Shown: positions 29,039-39,539, counted from the stretch's first letter. The stretch is DNA of 64,000 bases from a bacterium (GCA_030654225.1 JAURXY010000003.1:16056-80055), one strand, 5' to 3'. The notes: generated by a model from the sequence alone, not told the origin. A program made the numbers and translations.

Positions 29039-30517
29039 CTAAATCATCCCTTCTTTCTTCATAAACTTTTTGATATGTGATTTGGCGGCGGAGGTTTTGA
29101 CGAAGCGAAGCCAGTCTCGGCTGGGGTTTTTGTGATCTTTAGTGGTGAGTATTTCAAGTACGTCCCCATTTCTTACTTTATAGTCCAGTGGCACCATCTT
29201 ACCATTTGCTTTGGCGCTCATAGCGCGGTCACCAATTTCACTGTGCACCCTATAGGCAAAATCAATAGGGGCGGCTTCTTCGGGCAGATCAATAACATCA
29301 CCTTTCGGAGTAAAAGCAAAAATGTGATTTTTGAAAAAATCAATCTTGAGACTTTCTATAAATTCTTTGTCATCCTTGCCAAGTTCATTTTGCCATTCGC
29401 GCAGTTGTTTTACCCAAGCAATTTCTTTCTCCGGAACCTTGGCTTTTTCGCGAAAGAAGAAATTTTTGAAAGTTTTTTTCTTTTCAGAATATATCCAATG
29501 GGCGGCAATTCCAAATTCTGCTTCATCATCCATTTGTTTGGTGCGAATTTGAATTTCCAAAAAATTTCCGGCTGGTCCAAAAATTGTAGTGTGAATGGAT
29601 TGATAGCCATTAGGTTTTGGCAAGGAAATGTAGTCCTTAATGCGTCCAACTAGCGGTCTATATTTTTTGTGTACAATGCCCAGTGTTTCATAGCAATTGA
29701 CAATTTCTGGTACGATGATTCGAATGCCAGCTAAATCATAAATTTTTCCAATGTCCATATCATGTTTTTTGAGTTTTTGGAAAAGACTGTACAGTCGTTT
29801 GGATCGGCCAAAAATTTCGAGGACTTGAATTTTTTCTTGAGACAATTCTTTTTTTAGCTCTGCTACCATAACATCAATGTATTTTTTCATAGCTTCTTTT
29901 TGTTCGGCGGATATTTTGGCAGTATACTGATAGTTTTCTTTATCCAAAAATTTGAAAGCCAAATCTTCTAGGTTGCCTTTCATCTCTCCAATTCCCAGTC
30001 GATTGGCAATGGGCGCAAAAACATCCAGCGTTTCTCTGGCAATTCGCTCTTGTTTTTCTGGTGGCAAACTTTCGAGCGTTTCCATGTTATGCAACCGATC
30101 AGCTAGTTTGATTATCACCACGCGAATATCTTCAGCCATAGCCAAAAACATTTTGCGAAGATTTTCCAAATAATTTTCTTCTTTTGCTCCGCGCAATTTT
30201 ATTTTTCCAAGCTTTGTTACCCCATCAACCATTTTGGCAATTTCCGGTCCGAAATTTTTTTCTATTTCTTCCAATGTGACTTGGGTGTCTTCTGGAACAT
30301 CATGCAAGAGTCCCGCGGAAATTGTTTTTGAGCCCATTCCCATATGGGCTAGATTTAAGGCGGTATGTAATGAGTGCTGAATATAGTCTTCGCCCGATTT
30401 TCTTTTTTGACCAATATGTGCATTAAGAGCTGTCTGATAAGCACTTCTAATCAAAGCTTCTCGACGAGAATCCATAGTAAGTTTGGAATTTTTTATTACA
30501 TCTTCAATAGTTATCAT
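29039..30517 (-). CDS. rel: RelA/SpoT homolog (HD + synthetase + TGS, no C-terminal ACT)
   Basis: LLHDVPED, KLADRLHNM, KPNGYQSIHT, EIQIRT, GIAAHW, FTPKG. Confidence 0.93.
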   Translation of the reverse strand: MITIEDVIKNSKLTMDSRREALIRSAYQTALNAHIGQKRKSGEDYIQHSLHTALNLAHMGMGSKTISAGLLHDVPEDTQVTLEEIEKNFGPEIAKMVDGVTKLGKIKLRGAKEENYLENLRKMFLAMAEDIRVVIIKLADRLHNMETLESLPPEKQERIARETLDVFAPIANRLGIGEMKGNLEDLAFKFLDKENYQYTAKISAEQKEAMKKYIDVMVAELKKELSQEKIQVLEIFGRSKRLYSLFQKLKKHDMDIGKIYDLAGIRIIVPEIVNCYETLGIVHKKYRPLVGRIKDYISLPKPNGYQSIHTTIFGPAGNFLEIQIRTKQMDDEAEFGIAAHWIYSEKKKTFKNFFFREKAKVPEKEIAWVKQLREWQNELGKDDKEFIESLKIDFFKNHIFAFTPKGDVIDLPEEAAPIDFAYRVHSEIGDRAMSAKANGKMVPLDYKVRNGDVLEILTTKDHKNPSRDWLRFVKTSAAKSHIKKFMKKEGMI

Positions 30518-30532
30518 AAGAAGTAGTACATT

Positions 30533-32782
30533 CTAGTCTTGATTTTCTTTTTCAAAATCACATTCCTTAGCGGAACATTTGATTTTATTTTTCGCCGCAA
30601 AAACCAGAAGGCCTTTGCATTTAGGGCAAATTTCTCCATTGGGTTTGTTCCAAATAGCAAAATCACATTTAGGATAAGTATTGCAACCATAGAAACTGCG
30701 CCCGCGCTTAGATTTTCGTTCAACGATTTCTCCCACGCCACACTTAGGACAATTTACGCCAGTTTTATTTTCGATTTTTTTGATATTTTTGCAATTAGGA
30801 TAGGCGCTGCAACCCAGAAACATTCCAAATTTACCTCTTTTTATTGCCATTGGTGCGCCACAAAGTTCACAAGCTTCTTTGCCATTTTCTTTTTCAATGC
30901 CTTCTTCAATCTTTTTTTCATCTTCTGTTTTTTCAGTATGCTTGCAATTTGGATAATTGGAACAAGCCACAAATTTTCCAAAGCGACCAAATTTCACAAT
31001 CAAATCCCCGCCACATTCTGGACAACTTGTCCCAAGTTTTTCTTGAAAACTTTCCTTGGTCACTTCTTTGGTTTTTTCTTTGAGATTTTTGTGAAATGGT
31101 ACATAAAAATCTTTGATCACCGGCACCCATTCTTTTTTACCTTCAGCAATTTCATCTAAGTCTTCTTCCATTTTTGCGGTAAATTTATAATCAACAATTT
31201 GGGAAAAATGCTCTGCCAAAAGATCACTAACAACAAAACCTATTTCCAGTGGAAAGAGTTTTCTATTTTCATCTTTCTCTACATATTTTCTGTCGATGAT
31301 AGTGGAAATGGTTGGCGCATAAGTGGATGGTCGGCCAATGCCAAATTCTTCCATAGTTTTAATAAGGGCAGCTTCGCTGTAGCGGGCGGGCGGGGTGGTA
31401 AATTTTTGCTCAGGCTTAATTTCAACTAAATCAACCTTTTCTTTTTCTTCTAGTTCCGGCAAAATATTTTCGGTAACAGGCATTTTGTCTCCATAAATTT
31501 TTAGATAGCCATCAAATCTAATGGTGGAGCCATTGGCACGCAAAGTATAAATATCCGGGGAATTTTTTTGAAAAGCTCTGATATCTACTGCGACACTGTC
31601 TAAGATCGCACTAGCCATTTGAGAAGCTATCATTCTTTGCCAAATTAATTTATATAGTCGGTATTGTTTTGAATCTAGATATTCTTTTATCGACTCTGGA
31701 TCATGTTCGGGAAAAGTTGGACGGATAGCCTCATGAGCTTCCTGCGCACCCTTGGATTTATTTTTGAAAAAACGCGGACTAGCTAGGGCATATTCTTTTC
31801 CAAAAAGAGTTTCAATTTTTTTCGTAGCAGAAATCAAGGATTCCATAGAAAGATTCAAACTGTCAGTTCGCATATAGGTAATTAGTCCAACAGAACCAGC
31901 GGAACCGATATTTATTCCTTCGTATAATTTTTGGGCAATAGCCATAGTTTGTTTGGCGCTGTAGCCAAGGCGACTATTAGCGTCTTGTTGCAAGGTGGAA
32001 GTAGTGTAGGGAGGAAGGGGATTTTTTTGAACTTCTTTTTTAGAAACATTTTCTATTTCAAAGTCAGCTTTTTCTAGAAAACTTTTCATCGCTCCGGCTT
32101 GTTTTTTATCCTTTATTCCCATCTTGCCAAAAGCTTTGCCATTTTCTTTGGAAAGTTTGGCTTCGAAAATTTCATCAGCGCCAGATTTTTGTTTTTTCAA
32201 ATTAGCTATTATGGTCCAATATTCTTCTGGTTTGAAAGCCTTAATTTCTTTTTCGCGTTCAACGATAAGACGCAGTGCCACAGATTGAACACGGCCAGCT
32301 GAGAGTCCGCGTCTAATTTTTTTCCATAAAAATGGAGAAAGCTCATAACCAACTAAGCGATCTAAAACTCTCCTTGCTTGTTGTGCATCAACTAAATTTA
32401 AATCTATTGAACGAGGATTGGCCAGCGCTTTTTCAATGGCAGTTTTGGTTATCTCATGAAAAACTATGCGCTGAGTATTTTTTTCGGATAACCCTAAGGC
32501 TTCTTGCAGATGCCAAGAAATGGCTTCTCCTTCACGGTCTTCGTCAGTTGCGAGAATTACTTCATTAGCTTTCTTGGCTAATTTTTGAAGTTCGGAAACT
32601 CTAGGTAAAGCTTTGGAAGGAATGGTATATTCTGGGGTAAAATTGTTCTTGATATCAATGCCCATTTCTTTTTGAGGCAAATCGCGAACATGTCCATAGG
32701 ATGATTTCACGATAAAACTTTTTCCTAGGAATTTAGAAATAGTTTTGGCTTTAGTTGGAGACTCTACGATAACTAGCTTCAT
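30533..32782 (-). CDS. topA: DNA topoisomerase I
   Basis: LVIVESPTK, DREGEAI, SAGRVQS, ITYMRTD, C-terminal Zn ribbons. Confidence 0.97.
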   Translation of the reverse strand: MKLVIVESPTKAKTISKFLGKSFIVKSSYGHVRDLPQKEMGIDIKNNFTPEYTIPSKALPRVSELQKLAKKANEVILATDEDREGEAISWHLQEALGLSEKNTQRIVFHEITKTAIEKALANPRSIDLNLVDAQQARRVLDRLVGYELSPFLWKKIRRGLSAGRVQSVALRLIVEREKEIKAFKPEEYWTIIANLKKQKSGADEIFEAKLSKENGKAFGKMGIKDKKQAGAMKSFLEKADFEIENVSKKEVQKNPLPPYTTSTLQQDANSRLGYSAKQTMAIAQKLYEGINIGSAGSVGLITYMRTDSLNLSMESLISATKKIETLFGKEYALASPRFFKNKSKGAQEAHEAIRPTFPEHDPESIKEYLDSKQYRLYKLIWQRMIASQMASAILDSVAVDIRAFQKNSPDIYTLRANGSTIRFDGYLKIYGDKMPVTENILPELEEKEKVDLVEIKPEQKFTTPPARYSEAALIKTMEEFGIGRPSTYAPTISTIIDRKYVEKDENRKLFPLEIGFVVSDLLAEHFSQIVDYKFTAKMEEDLDEIAEGKKEWVPVIKDFYVPFHKNLKEKTKEVTKESFQEKLGTSCPECGGDLIVKFGRFGKFVACSNYPNCKHTEKTEDEKKIEEGIEKENGKEACELCGAPMAIKRGKFGMFLGCSAYPNCKNIKKIENKTGVNCPKCGVGEIVERKSKRGRSFYGCNTYPKCDFAIWNKPNGEICPKCKGLLVFAAKNKIKCSAKECDFEKENQD

Positions 32783-32812
32783 AAATTTTTATTATTAGAG
32801 ATTGGAAATTAT

Positions 32813-32958
32813 ATAGGACTTACGCACTTCTCTTCAAATCTATTGTTCGCTGAAATTACAAAAAAATAAACTAAGATTATAGATAGTAATTATAGATTTC
32901 AATCCTGCCATTGTACTGGCTACATAAATAGATTTTCAGAAAAATGCGTAAGTCCTAT
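32813..32958. mobile_element. MITE-like element with 14-bp terminal inverted repeats
   Basis: ataggacttacgca ... tgcgtaagtcctat; no ORF inside. Confidence 0.7.
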
Positions 32959-34034
32959 TATAGTTGAATATAATTTTGTCCGCCAATGTTTTTTACCCAG
33001 CCTTTAATTTCCATCATTGAAAGTGTGCCGGAACACATTGCTGTTTGCAGTTTAGCTAGTTTAGCAATATTGTCAATGTGAAGCGGATCAGTGGAAAGGA
33101 TTTTTAGCAGTATTTTTTCTTCAGCAGTCGTTGGATTTTTTGGAGATAATTCTTTTCTCACAGTTTCTTTGTTTAAATCTAATTCTTCCAGGATATCTTT
33201 TATCCCCGTAACAACGCGGGCACCAGATTTTATGAGATTATTGGTGCCGAAAGATAGTGGGGAAAAGATTGAACCCGGCACAGAAAAAATTTCTCGATTA
33301 TATTCCAGGGCCATATTAGCTGTTATAAGTGAACCGCTTTTTTCTCCCGCTTCAATTACGATTGTTCCAAGTGTAAGCCCAGCGATAATTCTGTTTCTAG
33401 CAGGAAAAGTCATTGGTCCGGCAGGCATTTCCAACGGATATTCGCTAACAAGGGCTCCACTTCTCATTATTTCACGAGATAAATTGAAATTATTTCTTGG
33501 ATAAATATTTATATCATCTAAACTGTTGCCAAGAACAGCAATAGTTTGCCCGGCATTGTCCAGTGCACCTCGGTGAGCGAAGGTGTCAATGCCAAGCGCC
33601 ATTCCACTCACAACTACAACGCCAGCGCTAGCTAAATCTTTGGCGAGGCTAGTGGCAATTTGCGAACCATAAGCAGTGTATCTTCTTGAGCCAACAATGG
33701 AAATCATCGGAGAGGCATTTATATTAAATTCTCCTTTTGTATAAATAATATATGGAGGGTTGTTAATTTCTTTGAGAAGGGCAGGGTAGAGCGAATCGGG
33801 AAGGGTAATCATCTGGATATTTTCTTTTTGCATTTTTTCCCATTCAAAATCAGGGTTAATATTGGCTTTTTCCAAGAATATTTTTTCGGCTAATTTTTCT
33901 CCAACAGCACTATTTTTAAGATCTTCTAGGCTGGCGTGCCAAATATTTTCACCAGTTTCGAAAAAATTCAAAAGCATCTGCATTTTTTTTGCTCCAACTC
34001 CAGCGATTTTGTTTAGCGCGTTCAAATATTTCAT
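32958..34034 (-). CDS. dprA: DNA-processing protein DprA
   Basis: IVGSR, VSGMALGIDTFAH, FPARNRII, EAGEKSGSLITA; start MKYLNAL preferred. Confidence 0.95.
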   Translation of the reverse strand: MKYLNALNKIAGVGAKKMQMLLNFFETGENIWHASLEDLKNSAVGEKLAEKIFLEKANINPDFEWEKMQKENIQMITLPDSLYPALLKEINNPPYIIYTKGEFNINASPMISIVGSRRYTAYGSQIATSLAKDLASAGVVVVSGMALGIDTFAHRGALDNAGQTIAVLGNSLDDINIYPRNNFNLSREIMRSGALVSEYPLEMPAGPMTFPARNRIIAGLTLGTIVIEAGEKSGSLITANMALEYNREIFSVPGSIFSPLSFGTNNLIKSGARVVTGIKDILEELDLNKETVRKELSPKNPTTAEEKILLKILSTDPLHIDNIAKLAKLQTAMCSGTLSMMEIKGWVKNIGGQNYIQL

Positions 34035-34069
34035 AAGTTCTCTTTCAATGTAGCACAAAAGTGAAAAAC

Positions 34070-34097
34070 TTGACAAATATTCAATCTATGCTAGAAT
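34070..34097 (+). promoter_or_regulatory. Putative sigma70 promoter
   Basis: TTGACA-16 nt-TAGAAT with TGn extension. Confidence 0.55.
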
Positions 34098-34110
34098 AGT
34101 CTACTAATAT

Positions 34111-34148
34111 GCGATGCGAATCTACGAATGACATGCGAATCTACGAAT
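34111..34148 (+). repeat. Dispersed repeat, ATGCGAATCTACGAAT dimer
   Basis: 38 nt identical to 50648-50685. Confidence 0.9.
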
Positions 34149-34160
34149 AAATTCAAAGGA

Positions 34161-35222
34161 ATGATTAAAAATAAACTAAAAAATTCAGAAATTGTGAGCA
34201 GAAGCGACAAAAAATCGCTATTTTTAGGTTTATCAAACGATTTGCTTTCTGGGTTGAATCAACGATCTCGAGAAATAGTGCAGAAAAGATTTGGTCTTTT
34301 GAATGGAAACCGAGAAACACTGGATAAAATTGGGCGTCACTATGGGATAACAAGAGAAAGAGTGCGACAGATAATTTTTGAAGCGCTTCGAAATATCTCC
34401 GCCAAAACGGAACATGAAAGCTTTGTGAGCGCCGAAGAAAAAATAATTTTTACAATTAACCAAAACGATGGTATAATAAAAGTAAGTGAAATTATTGAAA
34501 AATTTAATTCCACTGGACAAGCGGAAGCGAACGCTATAAAGTTTTTTGCTCTTTGTTCTAAGAGAATTTTAGAAGCTGAAGAAAAAAATGTTTTTGAAAA
34601 GATTTGGACAGTTTCTGAAGATATACTTTCTGAGGTGAAGAAAACTTTAACTGAAGCTGAAAAAATTGTCAAAGAAGAAAAGAGGTTGTTTAGTGACGAG
34701 GAAATTATCGAGAAACTTTTTTCTGCTTTGCCACATTTGCCAAAAGGAAAAATTCTAAACTTTCTCAAAACCTCAGCTAACATCAAGAAAAATAAGTTTG
34801 GCAAGAGAGGCATGAAAAATTGGGCGGAAGTTTCCCCAAAAGGAACGCGAGAAAGGGTACATCTAGTTCTCAAGGAACACAAAAAACCCTTGCATTTTGT
34901 GGAAATCGCCAGTCTTATTGACAAATTTGAATTAGGCAAGAGAAAAGCTCATCCGCAAACTGTGCACAATGAATTAATCAAGGATGAAAGATTCGTTTTG
35001 ATTGGAAGAGGAATCTATGCACTCCGCGAATGGGGATATTCTGAAGGGACAATTCAGGAAGTGATCAAGAGTATTTTGAAGGAAAAGAAAAAACCTCTGA
35101 AAAAAGAAGAGATAATTGAAGAAGTTTTGAGAATTCGAAAAGTAAAAAAAACTACGATTAGTATCAATTTGAATAATGCTAAAATTTTTGAGAGAAAAAA
35201 CGAGACTTATACTATAAAATAA
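34161..35222 (+). CDS. Sigma-70 region 4-like HTH plus HARE-HTH (RpoE/delta-like) protein
   Basis: RFGL..ETLDKIG..YGITRERVRQI; PLHF, TVHNELI, FVLIGRGIYAL; the longer ORF start lies inside the repeat. Confidence 0.75.
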   Translation: MIKNKLKNSEIVSRSDKKSLFLGLSNDLLSGLNQRSREIVQKRFGLLNGNRETLDKIGRHYGITRERVRQIIFEALRNISAKTEHESFVSAEEKIIFTINQNDGIIKVSEIIEKFNSTGQAEANAIKFFALCSKRILEAEEKNVFEKIWTVSEDILSEVKKTLTEAEKIVKEEKRLFSDEEIIEKLFSALPHLPKGKILNFLKTSANIKKNKFGKRGMKNWAEVSPKGTRERVHLVLKEHKKPLHFVEIASLIDKFELGKRKAHPQTVHNELIKDERFVLIGRGIYALREWGYSEGTIQEVIKSILKEKKKPLKKEEIIEEVLRIRKVKKTTISINLNNAKIFERKNETYTIK

Positions 35223-35240
35223 AAATTTCATTTTAATGTC

Positions 35241-36512
35241 ATGAACAACGCTTCGGACATCTTCGCAATATTTGTAGCCTTGTGGCAAGCCATCAGTTTT
35301 TTTTGGTGGATTATATTGCCGATAATGTTTTGGTATATTTTCAAAATTATTTGGAAAGACTTCACTCTTGTCAAATCTGTTATTTCTTGGCGAAGGCTTC
35401 AGCAGTGGACATTTGTGGAGATAATTCCTCCACGAGAGATTGAAAAAGGTCCCAAAATGATGGAAACTATTTTTTCCAGTATGGCTGGAGTCTTGTCGAC
35501 ATACAACACTTTTGATGAATATTTAAAAGGAGCTTGGGAACACGACCGTTTTAGTTTGGAAATTGTGGGAGAAGAAGGAAAGCTCCATTTCTATATCCGC
35601 ACGCAAAAAAGATTTTTGGGACTTGTGGAAGCTAATATCTATGCACAATATCCAGACGCAGAAGTTTTGGAGGTGCCCGACTATACGGCAAATTTTCCGA
35701 AAATTATTCCCAACAAAGATTGGGATCTTTGGGGGACTGATTTTGAATTTGTAGCCAAAGGTCCGATTCCAATTAAGACTTATGACAGATTTGAAGAAAC
35801 TGTTTCAGGAGAAATGAATGATCCAATGTCGGCTATTGCGGAAATAATCGGATCGCTTGGTCCTGGGCAGCACATTTGGCTTCAATACGTTTTGCAACCC
35901 TTGCCAGAGCCAGAAGCAAAAAAGAAAGAGCATATGGATGTGTTAAAAAAACTCAAAGGAGAAAAAGTGGTTGAGGTAATGGGACTTGGCGGACATCTGA
36001 TAGACGTTTTTTCTAATTTAACCAAGGGCTTGTCGGCTCCCGTAGAATTTGCAGCAGCAAAAAAAGAAGAATTGGGGCCATTGGAATTTCGACTTTCTCC
36101 GGGGGAAAAAGATCTTTTGAAAGCTACTGAAGAAAATCTAGGGAGAAATCTTTTCAAAACAAAAATGCGCTATATTTATTTGGCAAAAAAAGATAGTTGG
36201 GATGGATCATATAAAACTTCTTTTATCGGGGCATTGAAACAATTTAATGATTTGAATTTTAATCAGTTTAAGCCGGAAGATATTTCTAAAACTTATGGAA
36301 AAATATTTTTTACTGAGCCAAGAGCTAATATAAGGAAAAGAAAACTTCTGAATCGCTATAGATTTCGTAATATGGATGGAGTGAATATGATTTTTTCTAC
36401 CAAAGAATTGGCGACAGTGTTTCATTTCCCTGATATGGGAGTAAAATCACCTGCGGTACAAAGAACTGCGGGAAGATTGGGTAGTGCGCCGGCTAATTTA
36501 CCAATAGAATAA
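35241..36512 (+). CDS. Membrane-anchored conserved protein, partner of VirD4-like ATPase
   Basis: N-terminal TM, FSLEI, IYAQYPD, ELATVFHFP. Confidence 0.7.
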   Translation: MNNASDIFAIFVALWQAISFFWWIILPIMFWYIFKIIWKDFTLVKSVISWRRLQQWTFVEIIPPREIEKGPKMMETIFSSMAGVLSTYNTFDEYLKGAWEHDRFSLEIVGEEGKLHFYIRTQKRFLGLVEANIYAQYPDAEVLEVPDYTANFPKIIPNKDWDLWGTDFEFVAKGPIPIKTYDRFEETVSGEMNDPMSAIAEIIGSLGPGQHIWLQYVLQPLPEPEAKKKEHMDVLKKLKGEKVVEVMGLGGHLIDVFSNLTKGLSAPVEFAAAKKEELGPLEFRLSPGEKDLLKATEENLGRNLFKTKMRYIYLAKKDSWDGSYKTSFIGALKQFNDLNFNQFKPEDISKTYGKIFFTEPRANIRKRKLLNRYRFRNMDGVNMIFSTKELATVFHFPDMGVKSPAVQRTAGRLGSAPANLPIE

Positions 36513-36514
36513 AC

Positions 36515-36561
36515 CGATGCGAATCTACGAATTTAATGCGAATCTACGAACAAAATACGAA
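36515..36561 (+). repeat. Dispersed repeat, ATGCGAATCTACGAA dimer
   Basis: cgatgcgaatctacgaatttaatgcgaatctacgaa. Confidence 0.88.
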
Positions 36562-36587
36562 AAATTTTATTAATTACAAAAATTACA

Positions 36588-38450
36588 ATGGGTGATATTA
36601 ACTTATTTGCTAAAACTAATTTTAGGAATCAAGAAAGAAGTTTTGGGATAAAAACAGATGACCGTAGGCGTCATATGTATGTGATTGGAAAGACTGGAAT
36701 GGGAAAATCTAACATGTTGGAAAACATGGCGATTCAAGATATTCAAGCTGGCCGGGGAATGTGCTATGTTGATCCGCACGGTGAAGGCGCAGAAAAAATG
36801 CTTCGAGCTATTCCGGCTAATCGCATAAATGATGTGGTCTATTTCAATCCGGCGGACAAAGAATTTCCAATTGCTTTTAACATTCTGGAATCAGTCGAGG
36901 AGGACAAAAAACATTTGGTGGCTTCTGGCATGATGGGAGTTTTCAAAAAAATCTGGCCAGATGTTTGGAGTCCAAGAATGGAATATATTTTGAACAATAC
37001 GATTTTGGCACTACTAGATTATCCTGGTTCGACAATGCTTGGAGTGAATCGAATGATGAGTGACAAAGATTATAGAAAAAGAGTTTATCCAAAGATAAAA
37101 GATCCGGTGGTGAAATCTTTTTGGCTGAATGAATTTGATAAATGGGAAGATAAATTCAGAAAAGAAGCCGTAGCGGCTATTCAAAACAAAGTGGGACAAT
37201 TTTTGTCATCTTTTGTCATTCGTCATATCGTAGGGCAACCAAAATCTTCCATTGATATGCGAGATATTATGGATAATGAGAAAATTTTAATTGTTAATCT
37301 TTCTAAGGGGAGAATTGGAGAGGATGCCATGAGACTTTTGGGCGGAATGATTGTGACTAAAATTCAGTTGGCGGCAATGGGACGAGTAGAAATTCCAGAA
37401 AATGAAAGAAAAGATTTTTTTCTTTATGTGGATGAATTTCAAAATTTCGCCACTGAATCTTTTGCTAATATTTTGTCCGAAGCTAGAAAATATCGTTTAG
37501 CTTTAATTTTAGCGCATCAATATGTCAATCAGTTGATTTTTGATGGCAATACCACAGTGCGAGATGCCATTTTTGGCAACGTTGGAACAATCGTTTCTTT
37601 TCGCGTTGGAGCGGAAGATGCTGAGGCTTTGGAAAAAGAATTCGATCCTGTTTTTTTAATGAACGATATTGTGAATCTTTCCAAATATCAAATGTATTTG
37701 AAGCTCATGATCGATGGTATTGCCGGAGATGCTTTCAGCGCTACTTCTCTTCCGCCGATAAGTCTAGCTGATACTGAAAATAATGAAGGAAAGGCAATAG
37801 CTGTTTCGCGTGAACGCTATGGAAAATCCAGAAAAGAAGTGGAAGAAAAAATTGCGCGTTGGAGCGGAATGTTTGATTTTGAAGAATTTGAAAATGAAGG
37901 AGGCGGAGAAAAGGTTGACACGGAAAAGCCTAAAGAAAAAAATATTATTATTCCTAATCCACAAGCGAAAAAATCAAGATTAAATAACGTAGAAAGAGAT
38001 AGTAATAGTATAAAAAATGAGGCAGTGATTAAGGCTGTAATTCCAGTTGAAAAAATTATTAACACTGAAATTAAGGAAGAGAAAAAAATGTACGACGCCG
38101 TTTGTAGTAATTGTGATGAAAAAATTCAAGTGCCATTTGCGCCTGATCCGAAACGACCAACTTTTTGCAAGGAATGTCTCAAGGAATATCAAAGAGCCAG
38201 AGCGGTAAATCAAAAAGAAAAAGAAGAAAAGCAAAGTTATGTAGCGAAAAGAGAGATTACTCCGAAATATTCGCGAGATGAAGAGAGACAGCAAAATTCA
38301 AAACCGGATGTGATTGTTTCCTGCGACAAGCCGATGAGTCTTTCTCAAATGTCGCATATTGCACCCAAAAAATTCAAGTCTCTTCGAAAAAAATCGGAAG
38401 TTAATTTAGCTGACGTGAGAAATTTGATAAACCAAACAAAAAATAATTAA
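36588..38450 (+). CDS. TraG/VirD4/HerA-like ATPase with CxxC-x17-CxxC domain
   Basis: DRRRH, GKTGMGKS, VDPHG, YVDEFQ, SEARKY, AHQY; CSNC...FCKEC. Confidence 0.85.
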   Translation: MGDINLFAKTNFRNQERSFGIKTDDRRRHMYVIGKTGMGKSNMLENMAIQDIQAGRGMCYVDPHGEGAEKMLRAIPANRINDVVYFNPADKEFPIAFNILESVEEDKKHLVASGMMGVFKKIWPDVWSPRMEYILNNTILALLDYPGSTMLGVNRMMSDKDYRKRVYPKIKDPVVKSFWLNEFDKWEDKFRKEAVAAIQNKVGQFLSSFVIRHIVGQPKSSIDMRDIMDNEKILIVNLSKGRIGEDAMRLLGGMIVTKIQLAAMGRVEIPENERKDFFLYVDEFQNFATESFANILSEARKYRLALILAHQYVNQLIFDGNTTVRDAIFGNVGTIVSFRVGAEDAEALEKEFDPVFLMNDIVNLSKYQMYLKLMIDGIAGDAFSATSLPPISLADTENNEGKAIAVSRERYGKSRKEVEEKIARWSGMFDFEEFENEGGGEKVDTEKPKEKNIIIPNPQAKKSRLNNVERDSNSIKNEAVIKAVIPVEKIINTEIKEEKKMYDAVCSNCDEKIQVPFAPDPKRPTFCKECLKEYQRARAVNQKEKEEKQSYVAKREITPKYSRDEERQQNSKPDVIVSCDKPMSLSQMSHIAPKKFKSLRKKSEVNLADVRNLINQTKNN

Positions 38451-38456
38451 GGAAAA

Positions 38457-39530
38457 ATGATAAAAAATGGAAAAAAAGTATTGTTAGGCATGTCAGGCGG
38501 TGTCGATTCCTGTGTGTCAGCAGCCCTGCTTAAAAAGCAGGGTTTTGATGTTAGGGGAATATATTTACAAATGTGGAAAGTTGATGGAGAAAAGAGTAAT
38601 GCAAAAGCAATTAAGGATGCGCAAAAAATTGCCAAAATTTTGGATATCCCGTTGGAAATTATGGATGTACGAAAAAAATTCAAAAAAGAAGTGGCAGGAT
38701 ATTTTTTGAAAGAATATTTGGCGGGACGCACGCCTAATCCGTGTATTTTTTGCAATGAAAATTTGAAATTTAAAACGTTGTTTGAAATGGCGAATAAACT
38801 AAAAATTGACTACATTGCCACTGGCCATTATGCAAGAATCATGAAGCATGAAACATGTAGCATGAAGCAGAAGAAATATAAATTATTAGAAGCGAAAGAT
38901 AGAAATAAGGATCAGTCATATTTTCTATATCGTCTGAAACAAAAGCAGTTGGCCAGAATTATTTTTCCTCTGGGAGAAATAGAAAAAACTGAAACGAGAA
39001 AATTGGCCAAGAAGTTTGGTCTGCCGGTTTTTGACAAAGCGGAATCGCAAGACATTTGTTTTTTGGCAAATATGTCAGTCGAGGAATTTTTGACGAAAAA
39101 TATGAAATTGAAAAAAGGGAAAATAATTGATACGAGCAGGCAAGTTATCGGAGAGCATCTGGGACTTCCTCTCTACACACTTGGTCAACGCAAGGGAATA
39201 AATATCGGTGGAACAGGGCCGTATTATGTGACAAAAAAAGATGTTAAAAAAAATTGTATAATTGTGACTAACAAAAAAGAGGATTTGTCTTTATTCTCTA
39301 AATTTGTTAATCTAGAGGAGTTAAATTGGATTTTGGCTGTGCCTAAATTTCCGGCCAAAGTTTTAGCGAGAATTAGATATCGAAGTTCTCTAATTCCAGC
39401 GGTGATAAAAAAACAAAAAAATGGATGCCGGGTTGTTTTTGATGAGATTCAGCGCGCAGTGACGCCTGGGCAATCAATTGTGTTTTATAATAAAAAATCA
39501 GAAATTTTAGGTGGGGGAATAATAAAATAA
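38457..39530 (+). CDS. mnmA: tRNA 2-thiouridine(34) synthase
   Basis: MSGGVDS, TPNPCIFCN, ATGHYAR, KDQSYFL, SQDICF, TPGQ. Confidence 0.96.
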   Translation: MIKNGKKVLLGMSGGVDSCVSAALLKKQGFDVRGIYLQMWKVDGEKSNAKAIKDAQKIAKILDIPLEIMDVRKKFKKEVAGYFLKEYLAGRTPNPCIFCNENLKFKTLFEMANKLKIDYIATGHYARIMKHETCSMKQKKYKLLEAKDRNKDQSYFLYRLKQKQLARIIFPLGEIEKTETRKLAKKFGLPVFDKAESQDICFLANMSVEEFLTKNMKLKKGKIIDTSRQVIGEHLGLPLYTLGQRKGINIGGTGPYYVTKKDVKKNCIIVTNKKEDLSLFSKFVNLEELNWILAVPKFPAKVLARIRYRSSLIPAVIKKQKNGCRVVFDEIQRAVTPGQSIVFYNKKSEILGGGIIK

Positions 39531-39539
39531 TAAAAATTT

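Noticed and set aside
36588-38450. Conjugative element
   Set aside because: No relaxase, VirB4, integrase or att sites are visible.
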